A DNA stretch of 63,115 bases, counting the filler, from Thraustochytrium aureum (Eukaryota), in assembly GCA_012862495.1 (NCBI GenBank). It is 6 parts of 3 records of this genome, joined end to end, with 100 filler letters (N's around TTAATTAATTAA, not from the genome) between each part and the next. Parts side by side here need not be neighbours in the genome. Positions count along the whole stretch, not along the records: positions 1 to 8,745 come from BLSG01000146.1; positions 8,846 to 21,882 come from BLSG01000146.1; 4 more parts are not named here. One strand, given 5' to 3'. Of this stretch, positions 1 through 10,591 are shown piece after piece. The notes under the pieces were generated by a model that had not been told where the DNA came from, did no database searches, and was given only the letters and a program-made list of their open reading frames with translations. Position 1 is the first letter of the stretch, and every line of letters starts with the position of its first letter. The position numbers and the translations under genes are program-made.

Positions 1-2
1 AG

Positions 3-848
3 CCCTCGCGCAGCATCAACCCCGACGAGGCTGTCGCCTACGGAGCCGCCGTCCAGGGCGGCATCCTCGGCGGGGCCGACGACTCGAGCGAGATTGTGCT
101 GCTGGACGTCGCCCCGCTCTCGCTCGGCATTGAGACCGTGGGCGGTGTCATGACCAAGCTCATCAACCGCAACAGCGTCATCCCCACCAAGAAGTCGCAG
201 ACGTTCTCCACCTACCAGGACAACCAGCCAGCCGTCTCGATCCAGGTCTTCGAGGGGGAGCGCAGCCAGACCAAGGACTGCCACAAGCTCGGCTCGTTCG
301 AGCTCACCGGCATCCCCCCCGCGCCGCGCGGCGTGCCCCAGATCGAGGTCACCTTCGAGGTCGACGCCAACTCGATCCTGCAGGTCTCCGCGCAGGACAA
401 GGCCACCGGCAAGGGCGAGAAGATCGTCATCGAGTCGGACAAGGGCCGCCTCAGCGAAGAAGACATCGAGCGCATGGTGCGCGAGGCCGAGGAGTTTGCC
501 GAGGAGGACAAGCTCGTGAAGAAGCGCATCGACGCCCGCAACGGGCTCGAGGGCTACTGCTACAACCTCAAGAACCAGCTGAACGACGAGGAGAAGGGCA
601 TCAAGACCAAGCTCACGGAGGAGCAGCTCTCCCAGCTCGAGGAGGCCATCTCCGAGACTCTGGACTGGCTTGACGAGAACTCGGAAGCCGAGCTTGCTGA
701 GCTGGAGGAGAAGCAGAAGGAGATTGAGGGGATTGTCAACCCAATCATGCAGTCCGTGTACCAGTCCATGGGCGCTGGCGAGGCTGGCGGCGCAGGTGAG
801 GACGACTTTGAGGACGACTCGTTTGACGAGGACCACGACGAGCTTTAG
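3..848 (+). CDS. BiP: ER-luminal Hsp70 (BiP/GRP78), C-terminal part; 5' end lies outside the window
   Basis: Frame open from base 3: [52 protein letters not shown]; ends in the ER-retention signal HDEL-stop. Confidence 0.97.
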   Translation, partial: PSRSINPDEAVAYGAAVQGGILGGADDSSEIVLLDVAPLSLGIETVGGVMTKLINRNSVIPTKKSQTFSTYQDNQPAVSIQVFEGERSQTKDCHKLGSFELTGIPPAPRGVPQIEVTFEVDANSILQVSAQDKATGKGEKIVIESDKGRLSEEDIERMVREAEEFAEEDKLVKKRIDARNGLEGYCYNLKNQLNDEEKGIKTKLTEEQLSQLEEAISETLDWLDENSEAELAELEEKQKEIEGIVNPIMQSVYQSMGAGEAGGAGEDDFEDDSFDEDHDEL

Positions 849-1547
849 TTAGGCAAGTGGCGGAGAAGCGCGAGAAACTTGGTATGGATTTTCATGAAAG
901 TCTTGCATTCATCAATGTTGCGCCATTTTGTTTGGTTTCGATTACATTCCCGACTGGCGAGCGAGGCCAAGAGCAGCAGGGCTCAACGAGCGCCGTTCCT
1001 CGTTAGGTTGTTTTTTTTTTTCTTCCAGCTGCGAGCCAAGCTGTATTTACGCACCGTCTGGCCGCTCCACCCCCTTTCGCGGCTTGTCGACGGTTGCTGC
1101 CCAGGAGAAGGCGGTGTGCCCGGGCGGAATGCTCTCCCGAGCGACATTGAAGGAGAACGCCGTGTGGCCCACATGCACCGCCGGGTTGAAAGAAACGCAT
1201 GGGGCGCCGCTATCCAGCACGGCAAAGCTCCGCGGGCTCGCAAGCGGCGCCACGAGGTTGAGCGGAGTGCTTGGCGCTTGTCGGGCGGGCGGCTCTTCCG
1301 CCGCGCCAGAGCCAGGGATTATGTTGGAGAGGAACGAGAGGAACGACGACCGAAGCGAGCCCTGCACAGCCTCCGGCTTGACTGAACCGGCCTGCCCAGA
1401 GAGCGTTCGGGAGCGCTTGCCCGTTGGGGAGAGCGCACTGGGCGATTCGCCGCTGATGTACGCGAACGCACTCCAAGACTCCATCTTGACGCCGTATACG
1501 TTGTCGCTTTTGCCTGTGAAACTCCACCGTGCCAACGCCGTACTCGG

Positions 1548-4500
1548 TCAGCACCCGCGTTCCAGGCGCATAGGCGAATCCAGCCCTCTCAGGAGCCTGT
1601 GACCGCTCGTGCGCTTGGCCCCAGCCTCCGCGTGCGCCCGCGCCTGCGCTGCGGCAGCTTGAGCAGCAGCCAGCCGCCTCGCCCCCGAGACCAGCACGCG
1701 CGGGACGTTGATGTAGGCCACACCATACGAAAGCTGGACAACAAAAAAGCCGTCGGCACGCACATCGATGATGGTTCCAACGCCAAACCCGTTCGTGTCA
1801 ACTTGGTCGCCTGGTTGCAGCTTCCACAGCTCCGTGAGCCTCTGCTGCTCCTCCGGGAGGCTAAAGTAGCTCGAGCTGGAGGTCGTCGAGTTGGCCGATG
1901 CCAAGGAGCTGAGCGACAAGAGCGACACCGAGTTCGGCAGGGCGAGCTCATGCGCTGCGGAACCAGCAGCGGTGGCGCTCGCAGCAGAGCTTGCTGCGCC
2001 GGCCGCGGATCCTCCGAGCACGCTAAAGGGCAGCTTCAAGAGCGCCCAGTTCTTGGCGACGAGGCTGCGGGCCTTCTGAAGGGGCGACTGGTCCTGCGAG
2101 ATGGCCGCAGCGGCCTCATCCGCGCTCACCGGCTCGTACGTGTCGTCCAGGTCGACGCTGCTCGCGTTCAGGAACGCTCGCGCGCCCCAGACCAGCCTGA
2201 TCTCGTAAATGCGGTCGCTTTTCCGGATGTTTAGCACGCTGCCTTGGCCGTACGGCGTCTTGACAATCGCGTCTCGCACAATGTCGCTGCGCAGCGCTTG
2301 GGAGGCGTCGCCGCTCGCTCCGCCAGGCGGCGCCGCGCGGCCGGCAACGTTGTCGCCGCGGACAAAGAGGTTTTTCATGAGACCAAAGAGCCGGCTCGGA
2401 TACGAGCCCTCGCGCACCATCTCGTTGGCGCGCTCTTGGAACAGCTTGCCGTTCCACAAGATGAGCGACACCTCCGACACATACGCACGCANNNNNNNNN
2501 NNNNNNNNNNNNNNNNNNNNNNNNNNNNNNNNNNNNNNNNNNNNNNNNNNNNNNNNNNNNNNNNNNNNNNNNNNNNNNNNNNNNNNNNNNNNNNNNNNNN
2601 NNNNNNNNNNNNNNNNNNNNNNNNNNNNNNNNNNNNNNNNNNNNNNNNNNNNNNNNNNNNNNNNNNNNNNNNNNNNNNNNNNNNNNNNNNNNNNNNNNNN
2701 NNNNNNNNNNNNNNNNNNNNNNNNNNNNNNNNNNNNNNNNNNNNNNNNNNNNNNNNNNNNNNNNNNNNNNNNNNNNNNNNNNNNNNNNNNNNNNNNNNNN
2801 NNNNNNNNNNNNNNNNNNNNNNNNNNNNNNNNNNNNNNNNNNNNNNNNNNNNNNNNNNNNNNNNNNNNNNNNNNNNNNNNNNNNNNNNNNNNNNNNNNNN
2901 NNNNNNNNNNNNNNNNNNNNNNNNNNNNNNNNNNNNNNNNNNNNNNNNNNNNNNNNNNNNNNNNNNNNNNNNNNNNNNNNNNNNNNNNNNNNNNNNNNNN
3001 NNNNNNNNNNNNNNNNNNNNNNNNNNNNNNNNNNNNNNNNNNNNNNNNNNNNNNNNNNNNNNNNNNNNNNNNNNNNNNNNNNNNNNNNNNNNNNNNNNNN
3101 NNNNNNNNNNNNNNNNNNNNNNNNNNNNNNNNNNNNNNNNNNNNNNNNNNNNNNNNNNNNNNNNNNNNNNNNNNNNNNNNNNNNNNNNNNNNNNNNNNNN
3201 NNNNNNNNNNNNNNNNNNNNNNNNNNNNNNNNNNNNNNNNNNNNNNNNNNNNNNNNNNNNNNNNNNNNNNNNNNNNNNNNNNNNNNNNNNNNNNNNNNNN
3301 NNNNNNNNNNNNNNNNNNNNNNNNNNNNNNNNNNNNNNNNNNNNNNNNNNNNNNNNNNNGAGCTCGAGGCGGCGCGTGTCGCGCTCATACGGGTCTCGCC
3401 ACGTTCTGCGGATGCGGAGAAACTCGCTGCGCGCGGCGGCCATAACGCGGCGCAGCCCTCGGTGCAGGATAAGGCGGTTCCGCTGCGGCGCGTTGCGGGC
3501 AGCGTCCAGGGCAGCGCCGATATAAGTCTTGCAAAAGACGATCCCATATCGCTCCCATTTGTCCTCCGAGACGCCCGCCTCGTACCCGAACGTAAATTGG
3601 CGCGGCTGTACCTCGTGGATGTAAACGCGTTCCACGACTTTGCGGCCAAACGTCTCGACCATAAACTCGGCCGCCTTGACATCAGCTTGGCCGTTGTCTC
3701 CAATGAAGACGTGCGTAAACTCCGGGTAGATCGAGTTATACTGCTCAAAGTTGCGCATCTTCTTGAGCGCCATGGGCATAAAATCGCCCTTCATCATGAA
3801 AGCCTGGCCCGACTCGAGATCCCCGGGCAGCAGGCTCGGCATGCAGTGCAAATTGTGAGTCCGCATAAACTTGCGAAACTTGGCGTACATGGAGGTCTCT
3901 GTCAAGTCCTTGTAGACGTGGGGCCGCGCGGAGAGGAAGACGAGGTCGCCGAAGCGCGAGGGCGGCCAGACTCCGCGCAAAGCCTCGGGGCCCACCGTCC
4001 CAAGATCGAGCTCGCGATAAAACGCCGTCACGCCAGGGTAGAACACCTTGCGTTTGTACGAGGTGTCGATACCGGCGGGGTAGCGGCCCCCAGAGGAGAA
4101 TAGAGTGTCGTCCACGTCGCTCAGGATCTTGCGCCACGCGCCCTTGGCGCGCCTCTTTTTCGCCAAAGAGCCCCCCATCGAGAGCTGAGCGGCCTGGATC
4201 GAGGCCTGCTTCTTGAAGTGGTCGAGGATGCGGCGCCGCACGTGCTCGTCGGTGATGTCGATGTGGACGAGCTTGTGCATCGATTCCGCGGAGCCTTTGT
4301 TGTCCACGAGCTGTTTGAGCTCGCTCAACTCGTCGCCTTTGACCGTGAGAGCAGGTTCATCACCCAGCCTTGCGCCTCGCTCTCCGTGTCGGGGTGGGCG
4401 GTCATGCGCAGGCCCTGGATGATGTCGAGCACGATGGCGCGCGCGGCGAGGCCAAGGTCGCTCACGCGTCGCACGGCTAGGATGTCCATCAGCCCGGACC

Positions 4501-5188
4501 TGGAGCGGTTGGTCTTGCTGTACAGGCCACTGCTCAGGTCGAGCGAGCTGCTCGTCGTCTTGTTGTGATTCTTCAGTTTGTAGGCGAGGAGCTTCATCTC
4601 GGAGCGAAGCACCACGTAGTTGAGCTCTTCTTTGGAGCAGTCTGTGAACACGGCCAAGATCTCGCGCTCGATGCGCACGTACTGCGAAATGTTCCACAGT
4701 GTATGAAGCGTCGAGGGCAGCGTGCGATCCAGCTGGCCCACCAGGCGTTGCAAGAGCTCGATCTTGCCCTCTGCCGTTGTGCTCTGGGCGCCCGTGAACC
4801 GTTCAAACCCGGGGGTGCCGCGCAGCCGGTTGCGATGGTGCTGCTTGTCGACAAAGTGGGCCATCATCGTGGTGCCAACTACGGTGGCCCACCCCATCAC
4901 GCGCCCTGCGCGCGGGCTCACGTATTCGCCGCTTGTGCAAGAGTAAGGCGAGTCTGGCGCGAACAGCGTCGCCGCGGTGGTCAGGAACGTGACGAGCATC
5001 CAAAACTGGTTTTCCAGGTGCTGCGACTGGTGCCAGACGCTGTCGGCGCGCGTCAGGTAGTGCCACAGGAGCAGCGCAACCGCGGTGAGAAGCAGGCTCA
5101 CCACGGGCCTCGCCACAAAGACGGCCACCACATAATACACCATGACCAGTCCGGTGCTCAGCGTGCTCCAAAACGCACCGTCGCCCAT
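1548..5188 (-). CDS. Membrane protein with an App1-like (DUF2183) HAD-type phosphatidate phosphatase domain and two C-terminal SH3/Tudor-like repeats; contains an N gap and a frameshift near 4350
   Basis: ILSDVDDT (DxDxT), FYPGV, FLSARP and FIGDNGQAD motifs. Hydrophobic N-terminal helices lie in ORF 4325-5929. One missing base at about 4350 joins ...GWVMNLL to LTVKGDELSELK... Confidence 0.75.
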
Positions 5189-6114
5189 TTCCCGCTGCTT
5201 CCTCGCTGCTCCTCCACTTCCTGCTCCCTTGCGCATACGNNNNNNNNNNNNNNNNNNNNNNNNNNNNNNNNNNNNNNNNNNNNNNNNNNNNNNNNNNNNN
5301 NNNNNNNNNNNNNNNNNNNNNNNNNNNNNNNNNNNNNNNNNNNNNNNNNNNNNNNNNNNNNNNNNNNNNNNNNNNNNNNNNNNNNNNNNNNNNNNNNNNN
5401 NNNNNNNNNNNNNNNNNNNNNNNNNNNNNNNNNNNNNNNNNNNNNNNNNNNNNNNNNNNNNNNNNNNNNNNNNNNNNNNNNNNNNNNNNNNNNNNNNNNN
5501 NNNNNNNNNNNNNNNNNNNNNNNNNNNNNNNNNNNNNNNNNNNNNNNNNNNNNNNNNNNNNNNNNNNNNNNNNNNNNNNNNNNNNNNNNNNNNNNNNNNN
5601 NNNNNNNNNNNNNNNNNNNNNNNNNNNNNNNNNNNNNNNNNNNNNNNNNNNNNNNNNNNNNNNNNNNNNNNNNNNNNNNNNNNNNNNNNNNNNNNNNNNN
5701 NNNNNNNNNNNNNNNNNNNNNNNNNNNNNNNNNNNNNNNNNNNNNNNNNNNNNNNNNNNNNNNNNNNNNNNNNNNNNNNNNNNNNNNNNNNNNNNNNNNN
5801 NNNNNNNNNNNNNNNNNNNNNNNNNNNNNNNNNNNNNNNNNNNNNNNNACGAGTACTGGGTAGAGTACGATGTGCTCGTGATTCGGCCTCTGCGGGCCGA
5901 GCCGCGGACGCAGGCTGGGCGGCCGACAAGCGGTGGGCGCTCGGGACGGCTGGCGCGCGGCGACTTGCTCTTGATCAAGGAGGGAAGAACGGGAGGCGAA
6001 TGCTTGATTCGATGTTTTCTGCGATGCTGCAGGACCGCTTGCAGGTTGTAGGTAGGTATGTAGATGTCATGGCGCGAAGCCTTCAAGAGGGCAGGGGCGC
6101 CGGCTAGTCGCCCA

Positions 6115-8745
6115 CTAGTCGCCCAGTTGCCGAAGGGGCAGCCACTCGGGCATGCCCGGCGTCCAGACCATCGTGTCGGAGCCGATTACCCCTTTCACCG
6201 CGAGTTCGCAGAGCTCGGCGCCGTCGACAGGACCCGCTTGGCCGCCCGTACTGTCCACGTAGAGGAAAAGCCCGCGGTTGACGTGCTCCGCGTCGCCGGG
6301 CAGCCGCGCGTCGACTGGGGCGCTAGCCACCTCGGACGCGCCGGCCGCCGCGTCAGGTGTCGCGTCGCCTTCGGACGGGTCGTCCACGAGCTCCCGCGAC
6401 GCTGAGTCGCCAAACGACGCCCGGCGACCGCGCGTCAGCTCGGCGTACCGAGCGACAAGGTCGTCCTCGTGCTCGCGGCAGTAGACCTCGTACTTTGTAT
6501 TGCACGGCGCGGGGAGAATGTAGAACGAGGTCCCGTTCAGGGCGCTCGACGCGCAATCCGCGGCGCAGACGGCGCAGGCGAGGCAGCCAAGATGCGCGCG
6601 AACTCGGCCGTCGTTGCCCGTGATGACGCCGTCGACGATTTCGAACGGCTCAAAGTCGACCCTGTTCTCACGCGTCGGCGCGACAACCACACGGTCTTGC
6701 GAATAAAAAACCGGCAAGGTGCAGACCGCGCATGTCGGACGGACCCATTTCTCGAGGCAACTGCAGCAGTACACCGCGGCTTTCTCGACCCCGTTGCGCC
6801 TCGCTGTTTGCGGGGTGAGTCCCACCCCGCATCCGCGACATGCCAGACACGGAGCGGAATCATGAAGGGCCACTCCGGGGCTCACCCAGACCACGGCACC
6901 CTTGATCCCCCGCGAGCACGCCACGCAAAACGGGAGATGCTCTTCGTCCCGATGCAAGGGGCAGAGCACCGGGCCGGTCCCATGAGGGAGGTCGTCAACG
7001 TCGCAGACGACCCCGCACCTTGAACAGCGAAGGTGGTCGTTGTGCCAACGACGGTGGTGCTGCTGCTCGACAACCTGGGCGCCCTCTGTCTTGACCATGC
7101 AGTGCGGGCAAGCGGAGAGAGACTGCGCCGCGCACTCGTGGCAGAATGGCCAGTTTGTGACAGGATCGAATACAGGCGGGTCGTCGGCGTCTTCCGTGGC
7201 TAGCACCGACCGGCACTTGTAGCACCGTAGGTGCTGCGTGTGCCAGAGGAAGCCCTCCCACGCGATTGCAGGGCCGAGCGCCGGCTCGTTCACCTGCGGC
7301 GACAGAGGCGGCGAGCGCGCGTCGCGAGCCGCGATAGAAGACCCGGCCCTGCTGTTCTGGTCCTCGCCTCCGGGTGACGCTTGCGCAAGGCCTTGTTCTG
7401 GGGCCAGCACGGATCGCGGGCTGGACAGACCCACGCTCTGCAAGCGGGCAACCAGCGCATCATCGTCGTCCATCATGTCCTTGCTTCCACGGCGCCGCAC
7501 GGAGGGGTCTTCTTTGCAAATCGGGCAAAGGCGATCGGAGCGAAGCAGGGAGCCCCCCTGCTCAGCGCCACCGCGCCCCTCCCTCTGCACAACGGTGACG
7601 AGCGCCGTCGCCGGGTCGAGCGCGGGCTCAAACAAACAAAAGAGATCCGTCTTGGCAAGCAGCGCCGCGCGGTCGTCATCCATGGTTTGACGGGGTCGGT
7701 GTAGGGCGCGGTGAACCTGGACGTCTGCGCGATGTGTGTTGTCACAATGCGTGCACTTGCACAGCCTCGCGCGAGTCACGCGAGATTCCATAACCTCCAG
7801 CTGCGTGGAGATGATGATTCGGTTGGCGGGGCCCGCGGATTCAACGAACTCGGCGCCTCTAGCCTGGGCGTTGGCGGCTTCCAGGTCAGCCGTGGCCTTG
7901 ACCAGAGCCTCGCGCACTAGATCGAGGCGCGCCACAATTTCGCTCAGGCACGGATGGGCCCCGGGCAGCGCCTGGTGGCGGCGCCCCATGCTCACCGCGC
8001 ACGTGAGAAGCGCAAGGTCCGCGAACCTTGTTGCCTTGCGGTCTTGGTGCATGCCAAAGTCGACGCCGCGACGCAGGGCGAGCTCCTGGAACTCGAGGTG
8101 GTCGACTTGGTTTTCGGCCATCTCCATGGGCGAGCAGTGCTTGAGCAGCGGGGCCCAGAGCCACTCCTGCTCGTTTCCATTGGCATCATCGCTGCCTTCG
8201 CTGGAGGGATCCGCAGAGTCGTAGGAGGGGCTGCGTCGCGGCAGCGGGCTTCCAAATGTATCGAGGAATTCATCCTCATCCTCATCTTCATCCTCATCGT
8301 CGTCTTCGCAATCCTCGGTGAGGTCGTCGGGGTCACTGCCTGGGCTCCTGTTTTCTGCAAGGCGGCCAACCGCCGTGAAGCCCTCGACCTCCTCCTCCGC
8401 CTCCTCCAGCGCTCCGGTCGAGAGAACAAGACCCCCCGAAGCACTATTGAGCTCGCGACCCGCGCTGCGCGGCGGCGGGGCAAGCCCGTCTGCAGAAGCG
8501 ACGGCGCAGCCAGCAGATCCGCTCGACTCGCCTAGTTGTGCGATGAGCCCGTCGTCGAGGTCCAGACTGTTGGTGCTGTCCAAGGCCGCCGGGCAAAGCC
8601 TCCCACGACTGCTTGCGGCGCTGAGGAGGCTAAGTCTTGACTGTGCGCGGTGCTGGACGCGGTGGCTCTTCGCGCGCCGGAGCACGGCCAGGGAGCGGAG
8701 TCCAAATCCGAGCAAGGCCTCGTCGCGGCACGGCATGAACAAACA
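6115..8745 (-). CDS. Protein with four LIM zinc-binding domains and a C-terminal GYF_2 (DUF4339) domain; 5' end runs into a gap
   Basis: WHTQHLRCYKC..FCHEC, CPHC..WHNDHLRCSRC..CPLH, CVAC..HDSAPCLACRGC..CCSC and CAVC..HLGCLACAVC..CREH. C-terminus is YVDSTGGQAGPV..LAVKGVIGSDTMVWTPGMPEWLPL. Confidence 0.85.
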   Translation of the reverse strand, partial: CLFMPCRDEALLGFGLRSLAVLRRAKSHRVQHRAQSRLSLLSAASSRGRLCPAALDSTNSLDLDDGLIAQLGESSGSAGCAVASADGLAPPPRSAGRELNSASGGLVLSTGALEEAEEEVEGFTAVGRLAENRSPGSDPDDLTEDCEDDDEDEDEDEDEFLDTFGSPLPRRSPSYDSADPSSEGSDDANGNEQEWLWAPLLKHCSPMEMAENQVDHLEFQELALRRGVDFGMHQDRKATRFADLALLTCAVSMGRRHQALPGAHPCLSEIVARLDLVREALVKATADLEAANAQARGAEFVESAGPANRIIISTQLEVMESRVTRARLCKCTHCDNTHRADVQVHRALHRPRQTMDDDRAALLAKTDLFCLFEPALDPATALVTVVQREGRGGAEQGGSLLRSDRLCPICKEDPSVRRRGSKDMMDDDDALVARLQSVGLSSPRSVLAPEQGLAQASPGGEDQNSRAGSSIAARDARSPPLSPQVNEPALGPAIAWEGFLWHTQHLRCYKCRSVLATEDADDPPVFDPVTNWPFCHECAAQSLSACPHCMVKTEGAQVVEQQHHRRWHNDHLRCSRCGVVCDVDDLPHGTGPVLCPLHRDEEHLPFCVACSRGIKGAVVWVSPGVALHDSAPCLACRGCGVGLTPQTARRNGVEKAAVYCCSCLEKWVRPTCAVCTLPVFYSQDRVVVAPTRENRVDFEPFEIVDGVITGNDGRVRAHLGCLACAVCAADCASSALNGTSFYILPAPCNTKYEVYCREHEDDLVARYAELTRGRRASFGDSASRELVDDPSEGDATPDAAAGASEVASAPVDARLPGDAEHVNRGLFLYVDSTGGQAGPVDGAELCELAVKGVIGSDTMVWTPGMPEWLPLRQLGD

Positions 8746-8789
8746 NNNNNNNNNNNNNNNNNNNNNNNNNNNNNNNNNNNNNNNNNNNN

Positions 8790-8801
8790 TTAATTAATTA
8801 A
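8790..8801. other. Artificial contig linker TTAATTAATTAA (stops in all six frames) within a 100-bp N spacer; also at 21927-21938, 50193-50204, 51980-51991 and 61342-61353
   Basis: Identical 12-mer centred in a short N spacer at all five sites (44 N each side, counted at 8790). Confidence 0.95.
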
Positions 8802-8845
8802 NNNNNNNNNNNNNNNNNNNNNNNNNNNNNNNNNNNNNNNNNNNN

Positions 8846-9639
8846 GCTGGGTCCATGCAGCCCTGGAGAGCATCGACGAGCTCGACGAACGCCATGGAGC
8901 TCGGCATGCTTGCACGCGGAGGGCCAGGGTTTGCCGATGCACGGCCATTCCCTTCGGCCTCCGCCTCGTCCGTGCCAGGCTGGCCAACCGCATCGCTGCC
9001 GGGGCCCGCCGCGTCGTCTGCCTTTCGTTGGCCCTCTCCTTCCTCTAGCTCCGCCTCGCTAATGAGCGCATCCATGTCCTCGAGTGCATTCAGCAAGGTG
9101 CAGCAGAGGTGGTCGTCGAAAACCAGCGCCGCAACGGCCCGCATCGCAGTGCCAGCGTCAGGTGGGTCGAAGCGCGCCAGGTCGTCGTCGTTTGGCGCCG
9201 CGGAGCCCCCCCCCGAGGCCTCGAGGGCGCCTGGCAGAGCCGAGGCGGCGGAGCGGCAAACCTTGCTTAAAATACCGACGCACTCTGCGACGTCGGGGTC
9301 CTCTTCGGGGTCGTTGTAAACGACAAGCGCCTCCATCACCAGTCGCCAGAGAGGAAACACCGGGCCTAACTCGGCCGACCAGAACTGGCTGGCCTCGCGG
9401 GACAGGGGGCGCGAAGCAGACCCGGAGGATTCTGACAACGTTGAGGCTGGCTCACCGACCTCCCCGCTGACTTCGGCAACCCTAGCGGCTGCAATGTCAG
9501 CGTCCCTGACAGTCAGGTGCGAGAGCCCGTCGGCGAGCGCAAACACCTCTGTGCGCTCCAGTGCTGAGCTGCGGTGACCTCGAGGGACAAGCCCTGGAGG
9601 CAGCACCGCATTTTCAAGCCCGCTAGTTCTTCGGGCCAT
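8846..9639 (-). CDS. Hypothetical protein fragment, probably the N-terminal part of the LIM-GYF_2 gene
   Basis: Open frame from ATG 9639 (MARRTSG) into the linker gap, same strand as the LIM ORF, with coding-like composition. Confidence 0.55.
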
Positions 9640-10033
9640 GCCTTGCACCTTGACCAAGTTGCTCTGCTCCGCCAGCCCCGCAGCGGCCGGGCGCGCCCCG
9701 GCGAGGGCGCGCCCGCCCAGCGCACCCTAGTTGCCTCGCGTGGGCCACTGCCGGCCTCGTCCCCGCGCGTATCCGCTGCAGAGCCCTCGCGCTCCCTCCG
9801 CGCGTACCCGTCCTCGCGTTTCGTCCGCCGGGCTGGGGCCTGCGTCGTTGCTGGGCTGCGCGCCCTTGCTTGCCTTTTTGCCAACCGGCCCGCGCGGGCT
9901 GTGCTCGCTCCTTCCTTCTCCGCCGCCGTGCGCTCCGAGCCGCCAGCGGCGCAGGGGCGCCCTCTACTGCTCTCCGCTGCTCCTTTCCTTTCCTTTCCTT
10001 GCGTCCGTCTGTTCGCTCGTTCGGGCTCTGCGC

Positions 10034-10034
<1 letters not shown>

Positions 10035-10066
<32 letters not shown>

Positions 10067-10095
10067 CTGCTGCTGCTCCTGCTGCTGCTGCTGCT
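10035..10095. repeat. Interrupted (CTG)n/(CAG)n microsatellite
   Basis: Visible gctgctgct... run in intergenic DNA. Confidence 0.9.
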
Positions 10096-10435
10096 CTTGC
10101 TCGTGTTGCACTGCTCGCGCCGAGACGCGGTGTCTCCTTTTAGTGGGATCACCCGGAGATTTGGTTGGGAGGATTCGGCCTGCGTGGGGAAGATTTAGCG
10201 GAATACAAGTAATTGCTGTTTTGGTTTTGGCTCCCATGACTCGCGGCGGCACGATGGGCTGGCAAGTGTGGCTCGCGGCGGCCCCTGGCGGAAATGGCTT
10301 GCTGCGTTCGCCGTGGTTGGCGGGTTTATGGTGTGCAGGGCGCAGTGGTTTTGGCAGCTCGCACAACGTTTGACTTGTGGCTTCGCCACTGTTGCCTCCG
10401 ACGTCGACGAGCAGTGCCAAGCACATGCTCAGTCA

Positions 10436-10523
10436 GCCTGGCGGATACGCTCATCCAACCTGGCGGATACGCTCTTCCTTCTAACCTGGTGGATACGCTC
10501 TTCCTTCTATAACCTGGTGGACT
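10436..10523. repeat. Degenerate minisatellite, about 3.5 copies of AACCTGG(C/T)GGATACGCTCTTCCTTCT
   Basis: Direct inspection: cctggcggatacgctc twice, cctggtggatacgctc once, plus a partial fourth copy. Confidence 0.85.
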
Positions 10524-10591
10524 GGAGAGTTCATGCCTCTACAGTCCTCGCTGCGACCGCGTCAAACCGCCAATTTTCTTTCTTCGTCTTG

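Noticed and set aside
8746..8845. Palindromic TTAATTAATTAA recurring five times, superficially like piggyBac TTAA targets or a regulatory site
   Set aside because: Always centred in a fixed-length N spacer. It is an artificial six-frame-stop scaffolding linker, so adjacency across these points is also unproven.
9964..10152. Poly-Q, poly-A, poly-L or poly-C ORFs from the CTG repeat
   Set aside because: Translation artefacts of an intergenic microsatellite.
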